From the NCBI RefSeq assembly GCF_000026225.1, contig NC_011740.1, positions 4,161,576 through 4,225,575 of the forward strand: DNA of 64,000 bases. The letters are read 5' to 3'. Origin of the DNA: Escherichia fergusonii ATCC 35469 (lineage in GTDB: Bacteria; Pseudomonadota; Gammaproteobacteria; Enterobacterales; Enterobacteriaceae). The notes below the pieces were generated by a model. It was not told the origin of the DNA. It ran no database searches and saw only the letters and a program-made list of their open reading frames with translations. The position numbers were made by a program, and so were the translations under genes. Numbering within the stretch: position 1 is the stretch's first letter; each line of letters opens with the position of its first letter. Below are positions 40,056 through 49,642 of this stretch, one piece after another.

Positions 40056-41096
40056 TTACTGGCTGGTCGCTGGCCCGCGCGACACGTCGATTTCAGTGGT
40101 ATAGCCGCTGCGCACAAAACTGTGAGTAGATTTATCAATTAGCCATTGACCGGAAAGCACGCCAAAATCGGTTAGCTCGATTTTATTGCCCGCCGTCAGT
40201 TCCGGGCAGCCCATCATTGTGAGCGTTCCGGTTTGCTGATATTCGTTGTGGCTGTCGAGTGCAGCGTTGGCTTTTGCCTGTGCTGCGCCAACGTCCGTCG
40301 CCCGACTGTTCAGTTTTAGCGTGTCGGCACTGGTGCCGACTCCACGGGCAGACGGTTTTTGCTGGCTGTCGTGGGTGTAGATAACCAGTTCTTTTTTCTT
40401 ACTATTTTGATGCTGTACGGTGGCGTTTTTGTAGATACGGTTAATGGTATCTTTGAAGGTGAAATGCGAAACGTCTTTGCGGTCGATCGTTTTTACCGGT
40501 GCCAGGCAGCGCAGCGTGGGTAAATGTGAAAAAATCAGCTCTTTTGTCGTCACTTTTACGGCATAACCATATTCACTGGCCAGACGTTTGAGAAATCCGA
40601 CATCGGTTTCACCATACTGCGTTACCCGGTCGATGGTGAGCGGCTCGATTTTGCCCACCAGTTTCAGACCGTGCGTTTGGGCGATACGGCTGGCGATAGC
40701 CGAAAGCGTCGTTTCTTCAAAGCCCTGGCTGTTACGGGTGCGCAGCGCCTGATTGACGGAAGTGGCGATGCCATCAATATTTACCGTGGAAGGTGGCGCT
40801 GAAATATCAATTTTATCAATAATATATTGACCACAATCGAGCAGTTTTTCCCCCTGATAACCCATATGCAGCGCCAGCGTATCGCCTTTGCCGGGATACC
40901 ACTCTTTTATCCAGCGTCCATCGGTGTCATCCAGTGTAATCGCGATGGTATCCGACTCGTTTTTAATACTGTCCTGGTAACTGATGCTGGTGACATAAGG
41001 CGTGATGTCATAAGTGATATCTTTATGCCCATACCAGAGGGTAAAAATGGGCGCGAGCGTGGCAAAGACGCCGCCAGTTACGCTTATCTCAGCCAT
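40056..41096 (-). CDS. Baseplate hub / late control protein (P2 gpD / Mu gpP-like)
   Basis: 346 aa. gpD family by recall. Confidence 0.7.
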   Translation of the reverse strand: MAEISVTGGVFATLAPIFTLWYGHKDITYDITPYVTSISYQDSIKNESDTIAITLDDTDGRWIKEWYPGKGDTLALHMGYQGEKLLDCGQYIIDKIDISAPPSTVNIDGIATSVNQALRTRNSQGFEETTLSAIASRIAQTHGLKLVGKIEPLTIDRVTQYGETDVGFLKRLASEYGYAVKVTTKELIFSHLPTLRCLAPVKTIDRKDVSHFTFKDTINRIYKNATVQHQNSKKKELVIYTHDSQQKPSARGVGTSADTLKLNSRATDVGAAQAKANAALDSHNEYQQTGTLTMMGCPELTAGNKIELTDFGVLSGQWLIDKSTHSFVRSGYTTEIDVSRGPATSQ

Positions 41097-41296
41097 GGTG
41101 GGAGCTCCGATACGGTTTTGTTGACGGAAATGACCGGAATGATGAGCTGAATACCGGAAGGTAGTACCGGGTAAATGGCGACATGTGGATTGGCGGCGAT
41201 AATGCGTTCATAAGCCAGCGCATCGCCATAGTAATGCCATGCCAGATTATCCCAGCGTTCGCCGTCGGTGGTGATATGTTCAAGGTATCGCATCAC
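41084..41296 (-). CDS. Tail protein X (LysM-like)
   Basis: 70 aa. P2 gpX-like by recall. Confidence 0.6.
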   Translation of the reverse strand: MMRYLEHITTDGERWDNLAWHYYGDALAYERIIAANPHVAIYPVLPSGIQLIIPVISVNKTVSELPPWLR

Positions 41297-42246
41297 CAGC
41301 TCCTCGTAATGGTTGCGGCAGCAAACTGACTCACTGCTGGAGTGGTTCGTTGTACCGTTGTTCGTGCCTGATCAACCAACGTTGCTGCTTTATCAAACGT
41401 CGTTTCGGCGATGTCGCTGGTAATGTCATCGAAAAGCGCCTGAGCATGGTCAACCAGCGTACTGGCGTCATTGGCGCAGTCCCGGATACCTGGCATGTTA
41501 CCCAGTAAAGCTTTAATCTGCGCCGACAACGCTTTTGGGAGTCCTGCCAGCGTTTGCAGATCCATCGGCTGTATAAACAGGGTTTCGATGGCGTCGATTG
41601 TCTTTTTCAACGACGTAATTATCTTTTCACACTTTTCTTTTAACGCTTTGGCCTCTTTAATCAGTGCTTTCACTTTTGCCACTGTTTTTTTAATATCTTC
41701 AATGGATTGCGCCAGTTCATCGAGCATCTCTTTGGCTTTGCGCATACCTTCTTCAATGGCGTTCAATATCTGATCTAACCAGGACTCCTCCTTATTCGGA
41801 AAATCGCTCGCCTTTTCCTCGATATTAGGCTCCTGGGTGGTAATTGCCGGGGGCAGCAGTGGGTTTTTCGGATCGCCGGTATACTCCTGGAGCGACATTG
41901 TTCCACTTTGGGCAATCACATTGCCCCAGGGATCGGTGTGCTGGTGAGTGGCGGTTAACTCTGTAATTACAAACCAGCCGCGATAATCTCCGTTGCCAAA
42001 CACCAGCGCCATTGCTTTGTGGGCGAGCATGGCTTCACGCAGTCGATTCAGCTCTGTTGTGGGTTGGCAAAACTGGCTGTGCAGGGAAAATTCCAGCGCC
42101 AGCATATCCAGCTTATCGCCAATAAACTGTACGCCAGGTTTGCCTTCAATACGGGCATGTGTGGCGTAATCCACGCCCATTGTGCTCTTAAAGCCATCCC
42201 AGAACGTGACAACTTTAAATTCAATCTCTCCTAAAACGGCATACAT
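41293..42246 (-). CDS. Tail protein (P2 gpU / Mu gpN-like) with a C-terminal coiled-coil extension
   Basis: 317 aa. The N-terminal ~150 aa are gpU-like. Follows the tape-measure gene. Confidence 0.55.
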   Translation of the reverse strand: MYAVLGEIEFKVVTFWDGFKSTMGVDYATHARIEGKPGVQFIGDKLDMLALEFSLHSQFCQPTTELNRLREAMLAHKAMALVFGNGDYRGWFVITELTATHQHTDPWGNVIAQSGTMSLQEYTGDPKNPLLPPAITTQEPNIEEKASDFPNKEESWLDQILNAIEEGMRKAKEMLDELAQSIEDIKKTVAKVKALIKEAKALKEKCEKIITSLKKTIDAIETLFIQPMDLQTLAGLPKALSAQIKALLGNMPGIRDCANDASTLVDHAQALFDDITSDIAETTFDKAATLVDQARTTVQRTTPAVSQFAAATITRSW

Positions 42247-44621
42247 CAGGCATACCCCCGGCGCTGCTGCTGCGCCATTACATCGTTAATCATTCTTTCC
42301 AGTTCGCGTTTACTCATCGTCAACACGTTCTGAATCTCTTTAGTGGTGTTTTGTCCGTTACCCTGCACGGTAATTTGTGGCGAAAAATTCACCTGAACTT
42401 TTCCTGAGGAACGGGAAGGTAGCGTCGCCGCTTTGGTTACGGATTTACCAGGTAAAGAGGCCGATGCTTGTTTGGCGGCTGTATTTTTTGCCGCTGATGC
42501 CGATGGTAGCGTTGTCGTTTTACTGGATGGCGCGAGTTGTTTCCCCACTGGAGGCGTTAAAATCGCACCGGCAACGCCTGGAACAACGGTCGTGGAGGAG
42601 ACGGATGCGGTATTACTCGTGCTTGTAACAGCCGTAGCCGATCCTTCTGTACTAATACCCATCGTGGTTTTTAGCCAGTCCGGTAAGGCGTTTTTGATCT
42701 GGTCAATAATGCCTTTCAGAGCGGGGAAGGCATTTATTATGCCGTCAACCAGACTGCCCAGAAGATTGCTGCCGAACTCGCTAAAACTTGCAGGCATCTC
42801 GACACCAAACCAATTCATCACACTGGAAAAGGCGCTATAGAACAAAGCCAGCGGCGACCAGTCGAGAATCAACCGGCAAATCCCTGCAATACCGCCGTCA
42901 AAGGCCGTGGTGATACGTTGCCAGATGGTCGAAAAGAACCTGGAGATAGGCTCCCAGTTGCGATAAATCAGATAAGCAGCACCCGCAATTGCGGTGATGA
43001 CCAGGCCAATGGGATTCATCAATAAAACCCTACCCAACCAGAAGACGGTCTGACCTACCTGTTTCAGTGCGCCAATCAGGCCACGACCAAGCAGTTGCAT
43101 TAGCCATTTTGCGCCGCCACCCAATGACTTAACCGCTGATAGCATCTTACTTGCCCCGCCTGTGAGCGCCAGACTTGCCTTGACTTTCAGGAAGATATCG
43201 ACCAGACGAATAAACGGCGAGGTGATGAGGTTCGCGCCCAGCTTTAAAACATTCAGCGCACCGTTAAACAGCCAAATCGCCCCGACGATTTTCGCGATGT
43301 TTTGCACCAGTGTCGGGTGCTCACGTAGCCAGGTGCTGAACTGACGAATAACCGGCGTAAGGCTTTGTGCCAGCTCGCCAATCAGCGGCATTAATTGCAA
43401 GCCAATGCTGAGCCATAAATCATTTAACGCCAGCTGTAACGCTTTAGTCTGTTCAATGGGCGAGGCCATTTGCGCAGAAAAGTCGGCATCAATCAGATTC
43501 TTGCTGGTGGCTTGCATGGCAGAGGTTTTTAACTGGCGATATTCCTCCATATTCGCCAGCATAGGTGCCAGGAATTCCACCGTTTGCGCATCGCCGAACA
43601 TTTCGCCCAGATTAAATTGCGTCACCATCGATTGCAGCGCATTGCTGCGAGCAGATAAATCTTCAATCTGCATAGTTCGTTTGAAGGTGTCGAGGATCGC
43701 CGGATTCATCTTCTCAAGCTGCATTTGTACGATATGAGTCATGGCTTCGCTAACACCCATACCGTTTTGCTGATGTTCAAGCAGAGAGCCTTGCAGATCG
43801 ACGCCCTGGCTGGCGAACCAGTTATCGGTCTTTTTCGAAAAGGTGGTTTGCAGAAAGTGGTCGAAATTCTCCGCCGCCGCACTGGCGCTGGCTCCGTTTT
43901 TCATGGCGATCTGCATGGCGGCAGTCAGTTCAGCCATACCTTCCAGACCCTGAGCGCCGGTTTTACCTGCAAATTTGTCTATCCACAGCGTTTGCTCGGC
44001 AACGGCAGGCCCACCGCTTTTGCTAATGCCGTACATCATGTTTTGCGCGACGTGGAAATTTTCTGGCGCAATATTCAGTCGATCATGGGTTGCGAGCGCG
44101 GCATTCGCCCATGTTTCAGCACTTTCGCGCGTGGCGGTGGCAGCTTTGGCGATCTCCGGCATATAACGGTTGAGATCCTGTATCGACGACAAATTGCCTT
44201 CGATCAGCGTTTGGGCTGCGTTCTGTAAGGTGGTCTGATGCTGGTTAAAATCCATGCTCCAGTCGCGCAGATTAAGGCTGAGCGTCTCGCGAGTTGTATC
44301 ATTCATCCCACCTTTGGTCGCCATATTGACCATGTTGTCCTGGAACTCATACGGCAACTTCCAGTCGGGGGCTTCAACATTGAATACTTTGCTAAATTGC
44401 CCGGCAAATGTGTGGGTTTTCTCCATCAGATTAGCGCGGCTGCGGCTATTTTCCTCCAGGCGGAGAGCGGAATCGGCAAGCCGCTGCGTTAGTTTGATAA
44501 CTGTCGCTTGCTGAGTAGAGAGAGCTAACAATGTTCTGGCGTTGAGTGAGCCGTAACGGGCTATTGCCTGCGTCAACGTCTCATTACGCGCCTGAAGCTG
44601 GGTAATAATATCGTTGGCCAA
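42246..44621 (-). CDS. Tail tape measure protein
   Basis: 791 aa. Ala/Gly-rich with a central hydrophobic segment. Position between the chaperone and U-like genes. Confidence 0.8.
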   Translation of the reverse strand: MANDIITQLQARNETLTQAIARYGSLNARTLLALSTQQATVIKLTQRLADSALRLEENSRSRANLMEKTHTFAGQFSKVFNVEAPDWKLPYEFQDNMVNMATKGGMNDTTRETLSLNLRDWSMDFNQHQTTLQNAAQTLIEGNLSSIQDLNRYMPEIAKAATATRESAETWANAALATHDRLNIAPENFHVAQNMMYGISKSGGPAVAEQTLWIDKFAGKTGAQGLEGMAELTAAMQIAMKNGASASAAAENFDHFLQTTFSKKTDNWFASQGVDLQGSLLEHQQNGMGVSEAMTHIVQMQLEKMNPAILDTFKRTMQIEDLSARSNALQSMVTQFNLGEMFGDAQTVEFLAPMLANMEEYRQLKTSAMQATSKNLIDADFSAQMASPIEQTKALQLALNDLWLSIGLQLMPLIGELAQSLTPVIRQFSTWLREHPTLVQNIAKIVGAIWLFNGALNVLKLGANLITSPFIRLVDIFLKVKASLALTGGASKMLSAVKSLGGGAKWLMQLLGRGLIGALKQVGQTVFWLGRVLLMNPIGLVITAIAGAAYLIYRNWEPISRFFSTIWQRITTAFDGGIAGICRLILDWSPLALFYSAFSSVMNWFGVEMPASFSEFGSNLLGSLVDGIINAFPALKGIIDQIKNALPDWLKTTMGISTEGSATAVTSTSNTASVSSTTVVPGVAGAILTPPVGKQLAPSSKTTTLPSASAAKNTAAKQASASLPGKSVTKAATLPSRSSGKVQVNFSPQITVQGNGQNTTKEIQNVLTMSKRELERMINDVMAQQQRRGYA

Positions 44622-44809
44622 AATTGTTTCTCTTATAGATTGGTGATGGCCCGCTGGTTAGTTTTCTGAAAAATGGGCTGGGAAGAAATAAACCTGGCGG
44701 GCTTTGAAGAACTCGCAGACATCAGGTCTGCGAGTCATATTCGATCTTTATTTGAGCGCTGGCTTCATCCAGCCAGTTGCTAAAGTCATCTATGGTGAGC
44801 GCGTCTATC

Positions 44810-45127
44810 TCACTGGGCGGAAAGCGAAACCATCTCGCCAGTAACGCCATCGCTTGCCATAACAGTGGCGGATTCTGTAGCCACGCTAAGCATGGATTGA
44901 AATCGTTTCTGCAATGCCTGGTAATCCAGCAAATCCATTTCAGCTAAATCTTCTGGCACCAGTCCGGTCATTGCCGCCATTAGCGGTTCATCCCATTCTT
45001 CTGGTTTTTCGCTGATCCGGCGCGCGTTGCGCATATCTTTTACTTTCAGGCGACGTAATTGCAGCGTGTCGATATTATTTCCTGCTGCCGACGTAAATGG
45101 AAACTGCAAGATATAATGTTCTTTCAT
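44810..45127 (-). CDS. Tail assembly chaperone (gpE-like); probable frameshift extension (E') into the 44622..44809 gap
   Basis: 105 aa. A ~190-bp unannotated gap before the tape-measure gene is typical of the programmed -1 frameshift product. Confidence 0.6.
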   Translation of the reverse strand: MKEHYILQFPFTSAAGNNIDTLQLRRLKVKDMRNARRISEKPEEWDEPLMAAMTGLVPEDLAEMDLLDYQALQKRFQSMLSVATESATVMASDGVTGEMVSLSAQ

Positions 45128-45177
45128 TTTGTGTCCTTATTTATTTTGCAAAGTTCGGGGCCGTAGCCCCGAATAAC

Positions 45178-45702
45178 TTAGCCACCGATGTTATTGCGAT
45201 AGGTACTTAATTGATCCACACCATTAACCCGGAAAATATTGGCCATATAATCAAGTTCAAGCAGCGTTTCACCATCAACTACTTGTTTAATATAAGTGCA
45301 ACCAAAGGCGCTGCTGAATTCCGGGTTTTCATTCTGTTTAAATGTGCCCAGTGGATTCTTTTTAAACATCACGGTTAAATGTGTCACTAACGCTAATTGA
45401 TTCGCTTTCCCCTGGGAGTTATAGCAATCAATACTGGAGCGGCACTGTAATGCCACCGCCTGCCACGGGTTTGCCGTTTTACGCATGACGTCCTGATAAA
45501 AGGAGTTCCATTTAATTTCGCCCTCCAGTTTATCGAAACCTGCCGGGAGTTCGATTTTGCCGACCATACCCAGTGCCTTATGCTCTTGCATAATTAAACT
45601 GACATCCGGCAATTTAATTTCGGTTGCACGACCTAAAAGGTTATTACCATCGAGATAAATATTGGCGTTGGTAATACGGTTAATTTGAATTTTTCCAGCC
45701 AT
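45178..45702 (-). CDS. Contractile tail tube protein (P2 gpFII / Mu gpM-like)
   Basis: 174 aa, immediately downstream of the sheath gene. Confidence 0.75.
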   Translation of the reverse strand: MAGKIQINRITNANIYLDGNNLLGRATEIKLPDVSLIMQEHKALGMVGKIELPAGFDKLEGEIKWNSFYQDVMRKTANPWQAVALQCRSSIDCYNSQGKANQLALVTHLTVMFKKNPLGTFKQNENPEFSSAFGCTYIKQVVDGETLLELDYMANIFRVNGVDQLSTYRNNIGG

Positions 45703-47132
45703 TAGCTATTGCTCTCCAGAGAGACTAAATATTCAGAAGTAATTTCAGTTTCAAACGTCAGACGTTCCAGCGGCGGTGGCGGGGTGAATTTATAGCTCAG
45801 CAATAAATGCCCGGCGCTGAGTTCGGTCGGTGAATTTCGCGCCGGATCGTACCAGCACTCAAAGCCAAGCAGTGCGCCGTCGGCAATCAGCTTACGGCCC
45901 CAGGTATTTACCGATTCGGTCAGGGCATCAATCAGCGCCTGATTAATCGGCATATCAATATACTGCTGACTGAAATAACGGATTGACTCATTAATTACAT
46001 CGCCTGTCCGGCGGGCGTTTTCAAAGTTACGCATATGGGTCACGGTAGGCCATGCCGCTGTGCGGTTGCCCCACAAGCGCAGACCAGAGCCGTAACTATT
46101 GAAAATAGTGGTAATGCCGTTTTCGTTGAGCTGATTCACTTCGCTTTGAGGATCATCAATCATTGCGGAAAGCGAACGTTCAATACCGGTAATACCCTGA
46201 ATTTCCTGGTTTGAGTTGCTCCACCAGAAACCTTTTTCGAGGTCTACTTTGGCACGTAGCCCGGCAGCGCGCGAAGAGAGCGGTTCGAGAACTTCCTGGT
46301 TAGTGATGCCATCGTAAACTTTGACGTGTGGGTAACATAAACGCGCACGATCAGAGCTGGTGTTGAAGTTGATAGCCCCTTGCGAACCGCGTCCTGCCAA
46401 TACCTGCTGGAATGTCGTCCCAATCGGGGCATCAATGTAGGTAATCGCACCAAGTTTTTCCGCTTGTGCAATCAGCTCGGTAGTTACTGATTTTTGCGTA
46501 CAGAACACGGGAGCAAGCAGGATTTTGGCGTAGAAACCATACAGGTTATAGGTGTCCTGTAGCAGTTTCATCCCCGTGCGATCGCCTGCGGTATTAACGG
46601 CACCGATAATATCGGCTGCGGTGACCTTTGTAGGGTCGCACCAGGAATAATAGGCGCAAACTTTCGCACCAGGAGGAATGTCGGCTCCTGTACGGGTAAT
46701 TATGCCTGTTTGTTCATCTACGCTAAATGCTGCGGTGTTATAGGTTGATGAATTTGATGAAGAGGGCTTTAGAACCACGTTACGCACATTGCGGTGAGCG
46801 AGTTTCGCCTGGTTGTTAGCGTCAAAAGTGATACTCTCATTGCTGATGTTGGAGCCATGTTTTGCCGGATCCAGCACGTTAATCACCACCACCGTACCGG
46901 CACCGTGGTCATAAATCGCCTTCAGTGCCTGCGGGATCGTAAAGTTAGCCTGAGTCGAACCAAACTGCGCAGCATCGCTTTCAGAAAGGCATAATGTTGG
47001 TTTATTTACCGGACCACAGGGGGCCGTACCGATTAAAGCGATGACGGCGGATTTTACCGCTTTAACCGGACGCGGGCCGGTTTCAATTTCAATGGTTTCT
47101 ACACCGTGCAGATAATTAGCTGCCATGTACAA
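45702..47132 (-). CDS. Contractile tail sheath protein (P2 gpFI / Mu gpL-like)
   Basis: 476 aa. Sheath family by recall. Confidence 0.8.
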   Translation of the reverse strand: MYMAANYLHGVETIEIETGPRPVKAVKSAVIALIGTAPCGPVNKPTLCLSESDAAQFGSTQANFTIPQALKAIYDHGAGTVVVINVLDPAKHGSNISNESITFDANNQAKLAHRNVRNVVLKPSSSNSSTYNTAAFSVDEQTGIITRTGADIPPGAKVCAYYSWCDPTKVTAADIIGAVNTAGDRTGMKLLQDTYNLYGFYAKILLAPVFCTQKSVTTELIAQAEKLGAITYIDAPIGTTFQQVLAGRGSQGAINFNTSSDRARLCYPHVKVYDGITNQEVLEPLSSRAAGLRAKVDLEKGFWWSNSNQEIQGITGIERSLSAMIDDPQSEVNQLNENGITTIFNSYGSGLRLWGNRTAAWPTVTHMRNFENARRTGDVINESIRYFSQQYIDMPINQALIDALTESVNTWGRKLIADGALLGFECWYDPARNSPTELSAGHLLLSYKFTPPPPLERLTFETEITSEYLVSLESNS

Positions 47133-47313
47133 TTTCCTCTCCGTTATTTTGTTCTTCCTGAGTGATGACAGGTGTCAGATGATTGCGGGCAATCATGGTC
47201 ATGACCCACTCGTTGTCTTCTGGCAGATCAATTTCACTGTTCGGCCACAATAAGATTTCTTGTCCGTCGGCAAGGGTGACGCCGCTTGCCGGGCCGTTGT
47301 AGATGTATTTCAT
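47116..47313 (-). CDS. Small Mu-like virion/tail protein (DUF2635-like)
   Basis: 65 aa, overlapping neighbours in an operon. Confidence 0.4.
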   Translation of the reverse strand: MKYIYNGPASGVTLADGQEILLWPNSEIDLPEDNEWVMTMIARNHLTPVITQEEQNNGEEIVHGS

Positions 47314-47765
47314 TCAGTTTCCTCGTAATTAACTTCAGTAAGCAGGGTAAGGTCCGTGCTTTCCCGTTTCGCGATAAACAGCGAGCTGGTCGCCATTTCC
47401 AGGATGTAGCGGCAGAAACCACCGCTCTCGCCTGCATTGATTTCTTTTTCAAGCCAAAGAAGACGCTCGCAATCAGGAAGCTGGATCCCCCCCAGTGCGC
47501 TGCGTATGCGGTCCAGTGCGTTTAACGCGTCACAATTTTTGCCAACAATAACGGTGGCAGTTAAACGGAGCGTTTGCTGTTGCACGAGAGCATCACTGCT
47601 TTCAGACATGGCAAATAGAGAACCGCTATAATTAATAATCACTGTAACTTGCTGCGTCTGCGGAATATATTTATGGGCATCAACCGATGAAATAGATACA
47701 TCCATTTCGGGATTCTGTTCACATAATCTGGTCACAACAGAATTCATTACTGATAAAATTTCCAT
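47310..47765 (-). CDS. Mu-like tail completion / neck protein (DUF1834-like)
   Basis: 151 aa, immediately upstream of the sheath gene. Confidence 0.45.
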   Translation of the reverse strand: MEILSVMNSVVTRLCEQNPEMDVSISSVDAHKYIPQTQQVTVIINYSGSLFAMSESSDALVQQQTLRLTATVIVGKNCDALNALDRIRSALGGIQLPDCERLLWLEKEINAGESGGFCRYILEMATSSLFIAKRESTDLTLLTEVNYEETE

Positions 47766-47882
47766 ATAGGGTATCCCTTAATTATCGCTGATTCGTTAAC
47801 GCTCACTTCGTTATCGTTGAAATGTATTCTGACGTAGTGAAGGTGAAGGATCTTTTAATCTGCTTTAGAGAAAAAATTGAAT

Positions 47883-48197
47883 TTAATAGCTACCGCGTTG
47901 TAATAGCTCTATTTTGCTATATAAGGCATCCAGCTTTGCTTCTAATACTGCCTGGCCACGAAGATAATCTTCTCTGCGGACATAATGCAGCGGAAGCTCG
48001 GCACGAAATTCGAGAAATTCTCTTTCCAGTTTCGACCAGTTTGTTTCTGATTCCCGGCGCGCGTTTTCCAGAGATTCAAAACGCTCATTAAGTCTTTTTT
48101 CAATTTGCGCTAACAGCAATTTTCCGGCAGCAAACATTAATCCAACGAAGGAAAGCATAAGGGAGATCACTTCCCAAAAATCGATACTGAGTTTCAT
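47883..48197 (-). CDS. Spanin-like lysis protein (N-terminal TM plus coiled coil)
   Basis: 104 aa. TM helix ISLMLSFVGLMFAAGKLLL, then a charged coiled coil. Confidence 0.45.
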   Translation of the reverse strand: MKLSIDFWEVISLMLSFVGLMFAAGKLLLAQIEKRLNERFESLENARRESETNWSKLEREFLEFRAELPLHYVRREDYLRGQAVLEAKLDALYSKIELLQRGSY

Positions 48198-48209
48198 CGG
48201 CCCCTCTGA

Positions 48210-48815
48210 TTAGTGAAGACAGCTTGCCTGTCCCCAGAGTAAATAGCGGGCGGCGTGTTGATAGAGAATCATCTTTGGATAGCGACGATTTTCTCGCCAG
48301 TTCGTGGCGCTGCGCCCGGCGTTGACTTGCTCAACATGACCAAACCAGAGAGTGGCATCTAGCCCTTTGGATACAGCCAGTTTTTTATCCCGATTAACCC
48401 ATCCCTGACCGCCGTTATAGGCGCTTAGGGTAAACGCCATACGCTGACAATCATTTTTCGCAGAGATGTTTTTCCACAAATACTGGTCATATTGCACCAG
48501 CGCGCGAATCGCCCAGGTTGGGTTATACGGTTTGTTTTCACGCAACTGCGGATACAACTGGCTTACCCATGTCGCTGTAGCAGGCATGAATTGCGCCATA
48601 CCTTGTGCGCCAACGGGGGAACGTACCATTGGCTGCCAGGCGGACTCCTGGTGTAATTGCCCGGCAAAGTCGGCCACTGGGGCATTCAGTCCCCAGACTT
48701 CTCGAGCGGTACGAATTAGTTCGTTTCGCCATGCCAGAGAGGCTCTCGGCGGTTCAGAGGCGTTGAGTGGGAAAAGAACGAAAATAATCATAGACGCGAT
48801 ATATTTCAGCCACAT
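48210..48815 (-). CDS. Lytic transglycosylase (SLT-domain endolysin) with a signal peptide / signal-anchor-release sequence
   Basis: About 201 aa from MWLKYIASMIIFVLFPL. SLT core ES...GAQGMAQFMP...AYNGG. Confidence 0.75.
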   Translation of the reverse strand: MWLKYIASMIIFVLFPLNASEPPRASLAWRNELIRTAREVWGLNAPVADFAGQLHQESAWQPMVRSPVGAQGMAQFMPATATWVSQLYPQLRENKPYNPTWAIRALVQYDQYLWKNISAKNDCQRMAFTLSAYNGGQGWVNRDKKLAVSKGLDATLWFGHVEQVNAGRSATNWRENRRYPKMILYQHAARYLLWGQASCLH

Positions 48816-48817
48816 CA

Positions 48818-49105
48818 CTATAGCCCTAACGCGACGGAAAGGCAGACGGCAGCAACGATGATAGCCCGGCGAATCATTGCCGCCGCGCAGCAACGCGGTT
48901 CCTTCCAGGGGCAAAAAGAGTCAGGCCGTGCCCAGGGGAACAAACTGCGATCGAGCCAGTATCCCAGCACCGCGGAAAGCGAAACCAGGCTTAGTTTATA
49001 AATGACGACCGGGATTTGTGCTGAAGAGGTCCAGCCGATCACGACAAACAGCGCGACGGAAGCGACCAGCCAGCCGGAAAGCCGGGGAAATGTGATTTTT
49101 TTCAT
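48818..49105 (-). CDS. Holin-like membrane protein, first gene of the lysis/tail operon
   Basis: 95 aa with 2-3 TM segments. SD AGGAGA. Abuts the transglycosylase start. Confidence 0.5.
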   Translation of the reverse strand: MKKITFPRLSGWLVASVALFVVIGWTSSAQIPVVIYKLSLVSLSAVLGYWLDRSLFPWARPDSFCPWKEPRCCAAAMIRRAIIVAAVCLSVALGL

Positions 49106-49401
49106 ACGATATCTCCTGATAAATGAGCGTTTAGTGTCGTCAGAACCCGCCAGTGAAGAATGAAAAAAGCTTTAATAAATAAGTTTAAAAAATAGATTCT
49201 CTATAAATGAACATGCCCGCTAATAAATCCACCCGTCAATAAAAGAGCAAAAGGTGACCTGGCGAACAAGTGCATCATTATGCAGGGGAAAGATGATGGT
49301 GGATCGTAGGAATATTCGATAGTTATTTGATTTTTAAAGTTTGTTTAAGAAAGTCAGCGACTGTGAGGGAAACGATCTTTTTACACTACAAGTAAAAATA
49401 A

Positions 49402-49421
49402 TACTGTATGTGTATACAGTA
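49402..49421. promoter_or_regulatory. LexA (SOS) box
   Basis: TACTGTATGTGTATACAGTA has the CTGT-N8-ACAG half-sites and an AT-rich centre, 18/20 to consensus TACTGTATATATATACAGTA. It lies in the divergent region between the tail operon and the Mor-like gene. A TTGACA -35-like hexamer is at 49443. Confidence 0.75.
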
Positions 49422-49642
49422 TCGTGTAAAATGATACACCTGTTGACAAGAAACATAACGCAAACAATATATCTATTTCATGAATTTATGGCGTTCATTA
49501 ATATTAAAAATTTATATTTTTGTTAATTGTTTATTTGTTTGTTGAATGTATTGAGTAGCAGTAATGACAACTGCTTAGCGTATATCCGTGGTTTTACACG
49601 CATCGGGTCTTATTCAGGATGCAAGATATATGGAGATGAAAA

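Noticed and set aside
47766-47882. Possible hairpin or late promoter between the spanin-like and neck genes (AATAGCTACCGCGTTGTAATAGCTCTATT)
   Set aside because: The inverted symmetry is imperfect, and I could not support a specific terminator or activator-site call.
49341-49526. 61-aa ORF in the Mor/tail divergent control region
   Set aside because: Very AT-rich, low-complexity, and without an RBS. The region is better explained as promoter/operator DNA with a LexA box.
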